Shown here: positions 16,728-25,526 of the stretch, piece after piece
How the letters are laid out: every line of letters begins with the position of its first letter
Position numbering within the stretch: position 1 is the first letter of the stretch
DNA from: a virus
Taxonomy: Duplodnaviria; Caudoviricetes
IMG/VR virus record: IMGVR_UViG_3300009425_000021
Span: 1 to 52,991 of that record
Length of the DNA: 52,991 nucleotides
Strand: one strand, 5' to 3'
Notes under the pieces: generated by a model
Databases searched by the model: none
What the model saw: only the letters and a program-made list of their open reading frames with translations
Told to the model about the DNA's origin: nothing
Made by a program: the position numbers and the translations under genes

Positions 16728-18824
16728 ATGAAATTTTTATATAGTGGTTATGCAGTACTGATATCTATTGTGTTGCTACTTGCATTGCGAGTAGCAGATC
16801 CAACGGCACTACAAAGTGTTAGAGGTCAAACATTTGATGCATATCAACAGTTAGATACAATTAAGCAAAGCCAGGATGTTGTACTATTAAACATCGGCGA
16901 AAAAAGTTTAGCAGTTAATGGTCAATACCCTTGGCCCAGACAATACTATGCACAAATGGTGATAGATGTTGCAGGCGCCGGAGGCGGTGTGCTAGGCTGG
17001 ACGATTATGTTTCCTGAAGCAGACAGGTTTTCTGGAGACGAAATATTTGCTAATTATTTGATGGAAAATAAGGTTAATGTGCAAGGAGCAAGACGTAATC
17101 CTATTAACTTTAATGTATTAAGTCAAGCAACTAGTACAAGAGGCATTAAAACATCAGGCCCACATATAGGAACAGGCACAATTGGCCCTGTGCCAGCAAA
17201 AGATTATTTACTAAAGTGGCCCAACTTAGTTACAAACATTCCGCTACTAGAAGCAGTAGCAAACGGCAAAGGCGTAACAGCGTCAGCACCACAGCCAGAT
17301 AACCAAACACGAACATACCCATTAGCAATTACAGTTGGCGATAGACTGTATCCTAGTTTTGCTATTGAAATGCTAAGGGTAAGTAAAGGTCAAAAAAGTT
17401 ATATGGTTAAGACTAGCGAATTGGGAATACAAGAAGTTGCTGTTAAAGGATACGACCCAATAGTAACGCAGTCAGACGGTACAGCATACATTCGCTTTAA
17501 CAACACATTCGAGGAAATTGAATACTTGGGAGCCGAAACTTTGGACCATCTTGCAGGCAAAATGGTTATAGTAGGTGTTACAGCAGAAGGTATTGCAAAT
17601 CCTGTGCCTACGCCAAGAGGTAATTTGTATCCACAGCAAATACATGCTCATATGCTACAGAACTTTATAGATAGCAGTAACATTACCAGGAATGAGTTAA
17701 GTGCTGTGTACGAGCTTCTGTGTGCGTTACTGGGCATGATATTAATAGGTTTAGCGATATATAAATCGCATATATGGGTAGGATTAGTAACTACAGTTAC
17801 TATTATAGGAGGAATTGTATACTACAGTATACATTCTTACACAGCAAACTTGGTATTATTTGATGCAACGTTTCCAGCAATAGCAAGTTTCTTAATATTT
17901 ACCCAGGCAAGTTTTAACAACTTCTGGATACAGTTTAAACTAAGAGCAGAGATACAAAAACAATTTGCCGGTTATGCCTCTCCTACTGTAGTGCGTATGT
18001 TACAAGAAAATCCAGAACTAATTAAGCAAGGTATGAAGAAAGAAGTAAGTATTTGCTTCTCAGATTTACGTGGATTTACACCTCTAGGTGAGAGCTTTGG
18101 GGACGATGTACAAGGTTTAACAAAGATAATGAATGGGTATATGGATGCTATTACACAACCTATACTTGATGCAGACGGCATGGTGATTAAATATATCGGC
18201 GATGCAAGTATGCACATACACAATGCTCCTATGGACGATCCAGACCATCCTAAGAGTGCGGTGCAAACAGGACTATTAATGCTTAGGGCAGTAGAGAAAT
18301 TCAATGATAAAATTGTTAAAGAAGGTAGACCACCCGTTGGTATGGGTGCTGGTATTAATACTGGGCTCGGTTATATTGGGGAAATGGGCTCCACTGCAAG
18401 ACACTCATATGACATACTCGGAGATGCAGTTAGTACCGCGGCAAGAATAGAAAGCAAATGTAAAGAGTACGGATGTTTACTCCTTGTGGGCGGTGATACA
18501 CATAAACATACTGCAAATGATTTCTTTTATTTAAAAGTAGATGACTTGGCAGTAAAAGGAAAAACAATTGGTATAGAAATATATACCGTACTTGATATTA
18601 AGAAAACTAAGTATGCTAAAGCAAAACAAATGCACGAAGACATGCACACACATTATCGCAATCAAGAATTTAAGAAAGCAATTAATCTATGTGAAAAGTT
18701 AGCAGATGCATTTGAAGGCAAGATGTCAAACTATTATACTATGTGGATTGAACGTTGTAAATTCCAAATGACTCAAACACTTCCTAAAGATTGGGACGGA
18801 GTATTTATTGCTACATCGAAGTAG
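16728..18824 (+). CDS. CHASE2-domain class III adenylate cyclase
   Basis: N-terminal TM; CHASE2 (GQYPWPRQYYA, PVPTP); 3 TMs; cyclase motifs FSDLRGFT, KYIGDA, GINTG, YDILGDAVSTAARIE, VKGK. Confidence 0.93.
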   Translation: MKFLYSGYAVLISIVLLLALRVADPTALQSVRGQTFDAYQQLDTIKQSQDVVLLNIGEKSLAVNGQYPWPRQYYAQMVIDVAGAGGGVLGWTIMFPEADRFSGDEIFANYLMENKVNVQGARRNPINFNVLSQATSTRGIKTSGPHIGTGTIGPVPAKDYLLKWPNLVTNIPLLEAVANGKGVTASAPQPDNQTRTYPLAITVGDRLYPSFAIEMLRVSKGQKSYMVKTSELGIQEVAVKGYDPIVTQSDGTAYIRFNNTFEEIEYLGAETLDHLAGKMVIVGVTAEGIANPVPTPRGNLYPQQIHAHMLQNFIDSSNITRNELSAVYELLCALLGMILIGLAIYKSHIWVGLVTTVTIIGGIVYYSIHSYTANLVLFDATFPAIASFLIFTQASFNNFWIQFKLRAEIQKQFAGYASPTVVRMLQENPELIKQGMKKEVSICFSDLRGFTPLGESFGDDVQGLTKIMNGYMDAITQPILDADGMVIKYIGDASMHIHNAPMDDPDHPKSAVQTGLLMLRAVEKFNDKIVKEGRPPVGMGAGINTGLGYIGEMGSTARHSYDILGDAVSTAARIESKCKEYGCLLLVGGDTHKHTANDFFYLKVDDLAVKGKTIGIEIYTVLDIKKTKYAKAKQMHEDMHTHYRNQEFKKAINLCEKLADAFEGKMSNYYTMWIERCKFQMTQTLPKDWDGVFIATSK

Positions 18825-19451
18825 TTAGTCATCCGGAGTCCATTGCTTGACAGCAGTAAATAGATTTGCATAGTCGAGCAAATCAGATCTCAGTGTTTTT
18901 AAATGTGTTAACTCAAGTGGAGCTTGTAGACCCGAAGCTTGGTATAGCGGAAGATAGAAGTTTATAATTTTATCAACACGTTGTCGGTCAGTTAAAATTG
19001 CTTTCATTACTCGTTGATGCCATTCGTTGCTAGACACAATATCAAATAGCCAACCATGATGTGGACTATGGCTGTTAAATTTCTTAACCATTTCTTTTGT
19101 TTCGTAGTACACTGCTCGAACAGGATTTATATTTACTCTGTATTTTTCCATCACGGCAGGGTACACCCACCAGTGTTCTCTACAACGTTGGTTTTTTAAG
19201 AATCCTCTATACTCGTTCACCATGCTCTTTTCTAAACCATCTGCACTTTCCCTAATTTGCACATCGTAAACGTCCATTAAATTGTCTGCTATTTTTTTAT
19301 GTTTAGCAGAAAAGTCTTCGTAGTTCTCCTTAAGGTCAAGAATCGAGAACGTACCGTCTAAAAATGTGTTGGGGATTGTATTGTGTAGTTTGAATTTATT
19401 GAGCTCAGTAGTCAAACGTATAGAGTCAAAATTTATAATATCCTTTGACAT
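18825..19451 (-). CDS. Hypothetical protein
   Basis: Start refined to ATG at 19451 (TAAGTA-N5-ATG pattern). Confidence 0.7.
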   Translation of the reverse strand: MSKDIINFDSIRLTTELNKFKLHNTIPNTFLDGTFSILDLKENYEDFSAKHKKIADNLMDVYDVQIRESADGLEKSMVNEYRGFLKNQRCREHWWVYPAVMEKYRVNINPVRAVYYETKEMVKKFNSHSPHHGWLFDIVSSNEWHQRVMKAILTDRQRVDKIINFYLPLYQASGLQAPLELTHLKTLRSDLLDYANLFTAVKQWTPDD

Positions 19452-19476
19452 GCTATTACTTATCACATATTGATGG

Positions 19477-20178
19477 TTAGGGAGTACCTAGCACAAATTC
19501 TACAAAAAGGATCTCACCCCAATCCTTCATCGCCGCACCTTTCCGATCTCTTGCATAATGATCCGGCCCGGACATCGCGAAGTGTTTATTTTTTACTGCA
19601 AACCCACATTCCTGTGCAACCTGAGCGATACTGTTAATGGAAGCAGAATTTTCTGTAAGCAAAATTACGCAATCTGGCGCCATCTTATTTTTTATATTTG
19701 TAAAAAACTCTCTATGTGCATTCCAGTTTTTATCTATGGCCAATCTTATCCAATCTTCTTTTGAGTTAAACTGGACGTCTCCGGTTGGTAAATAATGGTA
19801 TTGCCTGAATTGTGGAGGATTCCCAATTATTAAGTCGTAGTTGTCTTTTAAAATGGCTACGTTATCATTATGCACAGCAGTAGCATTATCGATATTATTG
19901 TCTTTAATGGTTTTGTGCATGAGATCGCATGCCGGCTCAAATTTTTCTAATAATGTTATATGATTGCATACATCACATGCTAACATTCCAAGCCCTAAAA
20001 AGCCTACACCTGAACACCAATCTAATGCATGATTAAAAGTTTTGTTTGGATGATATTTTTTAAAATAATCGAAGTAGGCCTGGATATATTGCGTCCCGCC
20101 ACCATTAGTTTCTTTCGACCAGTAAATATGTGTGTCGTTGACTTTGTATGTCCAATTTATATCTAAAAACTGTTTCAT
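19477..20178 (-). CDS. Class I SAM-dependent methyltransferase (NPP motif)
   Basis: LDWCSGVGFLG motif I; DLIIGNPPQF motif IV. Confidence 0.8.
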   Translation of the reverse strand: MKQFLDINWTYKVNDTHIYWSKETNGGGTQYIQAYFDYFKKYHPNKTFNHALDWCSGVGFLGLGMLACDVCNHITLLEKFEPACDLMHKTIKDNNIDNATAVHNDNVAILKDNYDLIIGNPPQFRQYHYLPTGDVQFNSKEDWIRLAIDKNWNAHREFFTNIKNKMAPDCVILLTENSASINSIAQVAQECGFAVKNKHFAMSGPDHYARDRKGAAMKDWGEILFVEFVLGTP

Positions 20179-20669
20179 ATTGTATTGATGCCAAGAATAG
20201 TGTGCAGTTTATCTGTGCCCTTATTTCTGCCTAAAGTAGATCTTGCACCATCGTGTAATGGCTTAGGCCACCTACCAATGTCGACCCATGCATAACCAGA
20301 ACTCTCGTCATTTAACGTAGGAATGAACTCACTTGGTACAACAGCAACGAAACTGTAATACATAAAGTTTTTGTTTCTACTTTGATAAACATCTATAGGA
20401 TTTAATTTTTGTAGTTCTGGAACGAACCCAATCTCTTCTTCTAACTCTCGTTGTATACATTCAAACGGAGTCTCACCACTATCAATCATACCACCCCAAA
20501 AACCCCAAGTATTTTTATGACGCTTGTCACTGTTCCTTAGTTGAAACAGGCATCGCCCAGTGTCTTTAGCAAGAAACAAAACTCCTGCCCCGGCAATCCC
20601 TTCGAATGTTTTTACAGGTTCAGTTTCCAATATCCTGGGTTGTACTGGCCTTCGTGTGTGCTTGTCCAT
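20175..20669 (-). CDS. NUDIX hydrolase
   Basis: Nudix box GGMIDSGETPFECIQRELEEEIG; start uncertain. Confidence 0.9.
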   Translation of the reverse strand: MDKHTRRPVQPRILETEPVKTFEGIAGAGVLFLAKDTGRCLFQLRNSDKRHKNTWGFWGGMIDSGETPFECIQRELEEEIGFVPELQKLNPIDVYQSRNKNFMYYSFVAVVPSEFIPTLNDESSGYAWVDIGRWPKPLHDGARSTLGRNKGTDKLHTILGINTI

Positions 20670-22048
20670 GCGGCGTTCTCGTATTTGTATTGTTTGTTTG
20701 TGTATAAGTTTTTAATGTATTGTACGGTAGTTTGAGTACTAGCATCAAGCGATACAATCCATTTAGCACCATCATATTCTATTATATCGTGAACATCTGC
20801 GTTAAAGATGCCCCAGTTGTCTCCAACAATTTCGTTAGTAAGTAAGTATCGTTGTCCAGTTGCAACTGCACTTAATGTGCCGTCTCCTGGATAATTTTCT
20901 AGAGGATTTACAATTCTTGTTATATCAGTTTGTGTTGTACTAGGTAATGTATCATTGTCTAATGTGAACACTAACTTAGCAGTATCAGTTACCGACCTAA
21001 CAATAGTTCCTGTAATTAACGAGGCATATTCAATGTCGTTATTGATATTTAATTGTAGTGTACTTCCAGCTGTTAACGGAATGTCTGCAATGTTTACAGC
21101 ATTTGAGCCAGCAGATCCACTGCTAGTTTGAGGTGCTAACACTTCTAATAAGTCATTCCAATTTGCTTTAACTGTAGTTCCATCATCGTAAACACTTTGT
21201 GCCGGTGTACCAGTCGGAGCACTCTTAAATAGTGTTGCTTCAGCACCATCTATACTTACCCAATAGTTATTTGGTGTGATAGTTTGAATTTCCATGTTAC
21301 CGTCTATAGTTCTAAAGAAGTCGTAAATATCTGAATCGTACCCTAAATCACCAGTGCTGTCTGTCTTGTATACATTAGCAGTAATAGAGTTAATAATTTT
21401 TTGACGTTTAACTGCCGCCGGCGGACTTAGCCATATAGGCATAACAAATGTCAGTGTAGCAACATCAAGGGTTTCATCGACACCAGCTGGAATACTTCTA
21501 TTGCTCCATTGTATGTCAGTTAATTCGACTTCGAATATATTAGCCCAATCTAACGGATTTGAGTTTTGTTGTAACTGTAAACTTGGATTGAATAATATTA
21601 AAATTTGTTCTAACAACTGTAGTTTCTGGTCAGTATTACTACTCCATACATCTACTTGCATTGTTAAGTTATAAGGTACAGGCATTATTCTATCTGTACT
21701 GTATAAGTTTCCTTTACCAGTGCCGTATGTTGAAGTATTGGAATTGTATGCCCTTTCAGCCACTTGCACTTTAGAAACTAGTGTTGGATCTTGTGTTCTG
21801 TCTCTAGCAATTAATAAACTTTGTATACTACATGCAATAAATGGAGTGCTGTTAATCATGTTCTCACCGCCTTTAGTAAGGATGTGAGCAACCATTCGAC
21901 TCATGTCTGAATATCTAACAGGAGCCTTGTTGTAATATGTAACACCGCCACGTTTACCTTCTGAAACTTTAAATTCACCAAAGATCCGCATGAACTGTAG
22001 TAAGTATCTTCTTACCTGTGCGTCATAAAAATAATCCATATTTGCCAT
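20612..22048 (-). CDS. Tail terminator / sheath stabiliser (T4 gp15-like) with C-terminal extension
   Basis: N-terminal YFYDAQVRRYLLQFMRIF and PVPYNL...QLLEQILILFNP resemble gp15. Confidence 0.75.
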   Translation of the reverse strand: MANMDYFYDAQVRRYLLQFMRIFGEFKVSEGKRGGVTYYNKAPVRYSDMSRMVAHILTKGGENMINSTPFIACSIQSLLIARDRTQDPTLVSKVQVAERAYNSNTSTYGTGKGNLYSTDRIMPVPYNLTMQVDVWSSNTDQKLQLLEQILILFNPSLQLQQNSNPLDWANIFEVELTDIQWSNRSIPAGVDETLDVATLTFVMPIWLSPPAAVKRQKIINSITANVYKTDSTGDLGYDSDIYDFFRTIDGNMEIQTITPNNYWVSIDGAEATLFKSAPTGTPAQSVYDDGTTVKANWNDLLEVLAPQTSSGSAGSNAVNIADIPLTAGSTLQLNINNDIEYASLITGTIVRSVTDTAKLVFTLDNDTLPSTTQTDITRIVNPLENYPGDGTLSAVATGQRYLLTNEIVGDNWGIFNADVHDIIEYDGAKWIVSLDASTQTTVQYIKNLYTNKQYKYENAAWTSTHEGQYNPGYWKLNL

Positions 22049-22049
22049 A

Positions 22050-23072
22050 CTAGTCTGCCTTCGGTTTCACTATTTTACTGAGATTAGTTTTAACTGCATC
22101 AGTTGTACCATCAGTATTAATTCTTTGGTCATCGTTGTTAACAAACGAAGTAAGTATCTTATTAGCCGCTGACCATGCCGCTGTCTTATCATCACTAACC
22201 TTACGCCAAACACTCAAGTTCTTTAAGAATAATCTGTGTGGAGCAAAGTCTGTTCTTAGGAAGTAATCGCCTTCGTTTGCATCTACCGGGAATGTTGTGC
22301 CACTACCAACTATAGTTGCTCCGTTCGGAGGAGTACCATCGACATTAGGAAGATAAACTCCAGGCGTGTCACCTTCTACATACAAATGACCACCAGCTAC
22401 ATAGTCTGCATCATACGGTGTTTCTGACGCCGCCAATGCTTGAACTTTATCTGATATAGCAATCTCTGTGCTGTAAGTACTTAATATATTTCTTAAATCA
22501 TCAGCACTTTCACCAGTGCCAAGTATGTCTCTGTACTCTGGACTATCTGTTATGTTAGTTAGTTTAACTCTCCACAAGTGGGGCCACCATCTTGCATCGT
22601 AGCCTTCTGCTGGTCTGCCTGCATCACTAACAACAAAATATCTGTTAACGGCTTCACCGCCACCAAGTAACAAGTCATCTCGTAAATGAGGTAGCTCAAC
22701 GACATCACCTGCCATTAAACGTCTACCTAATAAACTAGCACATGTATTCATATGGAAAGTCATAAACAATGAGTCATTGTTAACAAACATACCAAATTGT
22801 GTTAAGTCAAAGTCTGGATCTCCGGGAGTATAACTGCCACGTAATTCGTAAATATCAGTATCATACTTCCTGTCTCGGTTTTCTAAAAACAGTACATCTT
22901 GTATATACAAGTCACCTGTTCCAGTACTTGCAGTGGTGTCATCAGTGTATGTTCCTATGTATTTGTGTACATAGACTCCTGTTCCACCCGCATTGATATT
23001 CTCGGCAATGATTCTATCTTGAAAATCATAGTCGTTTGTTTTGTTCTTGTTCCATAAACTTAATCTAGGCAT
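22050..23072 (-). CDS. Neck/head-closure protein (T4 gp14-like)
   Basis: Adjacent to the gp15-like gene; FDLTQFGMF..D..FMTFH...GDVVELPH pattern; start refined to MPRLSLW. Confidence 0.6.
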   Translation of the reverse strand: MPRLSLWNKNKTNDYDFQDRIIAENINAGGTGVYVHKYIGTYTDDTTASTGTGDLYIQDVLFLENRDRKYDTDIYELRGSYTPGDPDFDLTQFGMFVNNDSLFMTFHMNTCASLLGRRLMAGDVVELPHLRDDLLLGGGEAVNRYFVVSDAGRPAEGYDARWWPHLWRVKLTNITDSPEYRDILGTGESADDLRNILSTYSTEIAISDKVQALAASETPYDADYVAGGHLYVEGDTPGVYLPNVDGTPPNGATIVGSGTTFPVDANEGDYFLRTDFAPHRLFLKNLSVWRKVSDDKTAAWSAANKILTSFVNNDDQRINTDGTTDAVKTNLSKIVKPKAD

Positions 23073-23099
23073 AGCAGTATTTATCACTTTCTAAAGTTC

Positions 23100-23128
23100 T
23101 TGACACAAGACGTGATAACTACTATAAT
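23100..23128 (+). promoter_or_regulatory. Sigma70-type promoter for tRNA-Ser
   Basis: TTGACA-N17-TATAAT. Confidence 0.85.
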
Positions 23129-23138
23129 GTGTACATAC

Positions 23139-23228
23139 GGAGAGTTGGCTGAGTGGTCGAAAGCGCCTCCCTGCTAAGGAGGTATATGGGTAACTGTATC
23201 GAGGGTTCGAATCCCTCACTCTCCGCCA
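23139..23228 (+). tRNA. tRNA-Ser(GCU)
   Basis: Acceptor GGAGAGT/ACTCTCC; anticodon arm CCTCC-CTGCTAA-GGAGG; long variable arm; GGTTCGAATCC; encoded CCA. Confidence 0.95.
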
Positions 23229-23248
23229 CAATTACTGACAAAAAAAGG

Positions 23249-23276
23249 TTGACTTACCCGTAAAATACTGTATAAT
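23249..23276 (+). promoter_or_regulatory. Sigma70-type early promoter
   Basis: AAAAGG-TTGACT-N16-TATAAT. Confidence 0.75.
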
Positions 23277-23310
23277 AGTACACATATTAACGCAAAGAGG
23301 CAGTAGTAAC

Positions 23311-23589
23311 ATGGCATATTACACTCATACAGCAGATCCAATAGGCGTTTTCACTGAAAAAGAACACGGAAATTACTTTGAATTTAGTAATAATCCAGAT
23401 AATTTTGCATTTTGCGAAGACCACCCACATGTTATATGGGTAGGATCTCATGGCGTTGCCGGAGACAGCGGACGCCGTTATGCAACTGTTAAGAAAACAG
23501 TTGCGTATGTGGTAGTTGATGAAGACGAGTTTGGACTTCCTGTTGTTGAAAAGTGGAATATCAAACAGCGTAAAGATTACTTCGTATAA
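23311..23589 (+). CDS. Hypothetical phage protein
   Basis: GAGG SD; downstream of an early promoter. Confidence 0.75.
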   Translation: MAYYTHTADPIGVFTEKEHGNYFEFSNNPDNFAFCEDHPHVIWVGSHGVAGDSGRRYATVKKTVAYVVVDEDEFGLPVVEKWNIKQRKDYFV

Positions 23590-23596
23590 CAGACAA

Positions 23597-23766
23597 GCAC
23601 ATTAACCTTGTGCTAGTAGTAAGTTGTTCCTTCTATGATAGAACTTAGGGTAGTTCCTGAGAATTGGAACACGATGACAGTAGTCCGTACACTTGGGTAC
23701 GATAGTTTGAAACGGTGGAGAACTGAAGATCTCGGTTCTGAGAAGCTGTTAAGACACCAATACTAT
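23597..23766 (+). ncRNA. Candidate structured non-coding RNA
   Basis: Several hairpins (AGCACA/TGTGCT, TTCTA/TAGAA, GTTCC/GGAAC, CGTAC/GTACG, AGAACTGA/TCGGTTCT) and closing pairs GGTG/CACC and TAGTA/TACTA. Confidence 0.35.
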
Positions 23767-23771
23767 TTAAA

Positions 23772-23846
23772 GAGTTAGTGTTCTAATGGTAAGATGCAGG
23801 TCTCCAACACCTTGCGATTGGGGTTCGAATCCTTACTAGCTCGCCA
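23772..23846 (+). tRNA. tRNA-Trp(CCA)
   Basis: Acceptor GAGTTAG/CTAGCTC, G73, CCA end; anticodon loop CT-CCA-AC; TTCGAAT T-loop. Confidence 0.88.
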
Positions 23847-23868
23847 AATAACCAGAAGGAATCAGACA

Positions 23869-24252
23869 GTGGCAGATACTAATTATAGTATGATATGCAA
23901 TGCACTACGAACACCAGACGGCACAATACTACAGAGCCGGCATAGACATGATTTTAAAACTTATAAAGATGCTAATGGCAAAGAGTATATGATTGATGGT
24001 GGACTAGACTATGTTCGTGCTAGTGCTAATGGTGACGAAGAAATGATCGTAGTCACACTTGCAGAACCGCATGAACAAGTTAGAGAAGCATGTGATTGGG
24101 GAACATACGGTATTAACGGAGACCAACCACTGTCATATATTACATTGAGTAATATGACTACTGATCACATTGAAGCAGTCCTAAAAAATGTGTCGTCAAT
24201 CAATCCAGCAATTAAAATTGCAATGCAAAACGAGTTGGAGCATCGCAAATGA
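23869..24252 (+). CDS. Hypothetical phage protein
   Basis: GTG start with AAGGA SD after the tRNA; SRHRHDF...IDGGLDY motif. Confidence 0.75.
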   Translation: MADTNYSMICNALRTPDGTILQSRHRHDFKTYKDANGKEYMIDGGLDYVRASANGDEEMIVVTLAEPHEQVREACDWGTYGINGDQPLSYITLSNMTTDHIEAVLKNVSSINPAIKIAMQNELEHRK

Positions 24253-24262
24253 GTAAACTAGT

Positions 24263-24511
24263 ATGACAATGCCTAATGAAAGAAGGAATGCTGTTAACTT
24301 TACTCGGCAGTTCCTAGTAGACTTAATGAATCCTAAGAAGACACCCAGGGTTCCGAGTGCTATAAGGAAAGAAGCATATCGTTGCCTAAAGCATTACCCA
24401 GGTGAATACTACATGGAAGAAGCCGCTGAACAGGCACCAAGTATATTCGGTGAGTGGGACTCAACTAAACCAGTTGATTCTAGTCCATATGAACATAACC
24501 GAGGAAGATAA
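24263..24511 (+). CDS. Hypothetical phage protein
   Basis: MTMPNER...TPRVP..IRKEA..CLKHYP small-protein pattern. Confidence 0.75.
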   Translation: MTMPNERRNAVNFTRQFLVDLMNPKKTPRVPSAIRKEAYRCLKHYPGEYYMEEAAEQAPSIFGEWDSTKPVDSSPYEHNRGR

Positions 24512-24513
24512 CA

Positions 24514-25062
24514 ATGAGAGTAAATATTGGCCCGTATCCAGCACATCGTTGGTACCATAATTTTTTATACCGTTTAGGAATTAAAAACGAACCTAAAATA
24601 TCTGTGCATATAGATGACTTTGATACTTGGAGTATGGATCATACGTTAGTGTATATCATTGAGCCAATGCTCAAGCAACTCAAACTTACCAAGCATGGTG
24701 CTCCTTATGTGTACCCTGAAGATGTCCCGGCAGAGTTGCGTCCTACTAAGAAAGAACTAACGGCATACACTAAAAATGGTGAGACTGATAGCAAGTTCTT
24801 TGAGAGGTGGGACTGGGTGATGGACGAAATGATCTTTGCCTTTGAGAGCAAACATACAGATTGGGAAGAACAGTTTCAATCAGGCGAACATGACATCCAT
24901 TGGATCAAACTAACTGAAGGTGAGCATAAAGGCATGAGCGAAATGGTCAAAGGTCCTAACGACACGTATGAAGTTGATTGGGAAGGGCGTAAGGCATACC
25001 AAGAGCGTATCACAAACGGATTTACAATGTTTGGCAAGTACTACGAAAATTTATGGGACTAA
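24514..25062 (+). CDS. Hypothetical phage protein
   Basis: GAGG SD; DTWSMDHTL...WDWVMDEMIFAF...FGKYYENLWD. Confidence 0.8.
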   Translation: MRVNIGPYPAHRWYHNFLYRLGIKNEPKISVHIDDFDTWSMDHTLVYIIEPMLKQLKLTKHGAPYVYPEDVPAELRPTKKELTAYTKNGETDSKFFERWDWVMDEMIFAFESKHTDWEEQFQSGEHDIHWIKLTEGEHKGMSEMVKGPNDTYEVDWEGRKAYQERITNGFTMFGKYYENLWD

Positions 25063-25153
25063 TCAGTATGTAAAGGTAAATAACAGTGCTGTAATACAAA
25101 ACATATATTGATAATAATATATTACACATACACAAGTATTGCACGGAGAAAAA

Positions 25154-25378
25154 ATGACAAAAGCAAAAGCAGTCGAGTCAATTAATAAATTTGGCCCGCA
25201 AAAAGATTCAAAAGGACACTACTGGTTCGAATATGTTGGTAAAAACGTACAAGCGAATGCAGAACAAATTAGTAAAAACATTAGAAAAAATGCAGAGCAA
25301 ATCAGTGCTAATATCCAAGCAAACGCTCAAAGCGTTGGCGACAACATGAAAGCATACTTAAATAGAAAACTTAAATAA
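25154..25378 (+). CDS. Small protein with 11-aa amphipathic repeats
   Basis: GGAG SD before ATG 25154; repeats NVQANAEQISK / NIRKNAEQISA / NIQANAQSVGD. Confidence 0.7.
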   Translation: MTKAKAVESINKFGPQKDSKGHYWFEYVGKNVQANAEQISKNIRKNAEQISANIQANAQSVGDNMKAYLNRKLK

Positions 25379-25406
25379 GAATCTATATAAGTAATTAAAT
25401 ATTTAC

Positions 25407-25432
25407 AAAGAGCTCATTGTATGGGCTCTTTT
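25407..25432 (+). terminator. Intrinsic terminator
   Basis: AAAGAGCTCAT-TGT-ATGGGCTCTTTT. Confidence 0.7.
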
Positions 25433-25439
25433 AATTTCT

Positions 25440-25515
25440 GGGGATGTAGCTCAGTTGGGAGAGCGGTTCCCTTGCACGGAACAGGTCGTAGGTTCGATCC
25501 CTATCATCTCCACCA
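25440..25515 (+). tRNA. tRNA-Ala(UGC)
   Basis: GGGGATG/CATCTCC with the G3:U70 Ala identity pair; GTTCC-CTTGCAC-GGAAC; ACCA end. Confidence 0.96.
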
Positions 25516-25526
25516 GGATTGTATTA

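Noticed and set aside
5484-18824. Host chromosomal DNA or a chimeric contig as the source of the curli/cyclase genes
   Set aside because: The block uses the same phage late-promoter motif and similar base composition, and is flanked by virion genes on both sides.
23660-23720. Hammerhead ribozyme (GATGA...GAAAC)
   Set aside because: The core CUGANGA is absent (ACGATGA) and I could not build the three required stems.
23794-23868. N-terminal extension of ORF 23794..24252
   Set aside because: Overlaps tRNA-Trp; GTG at 23869 has an SD.
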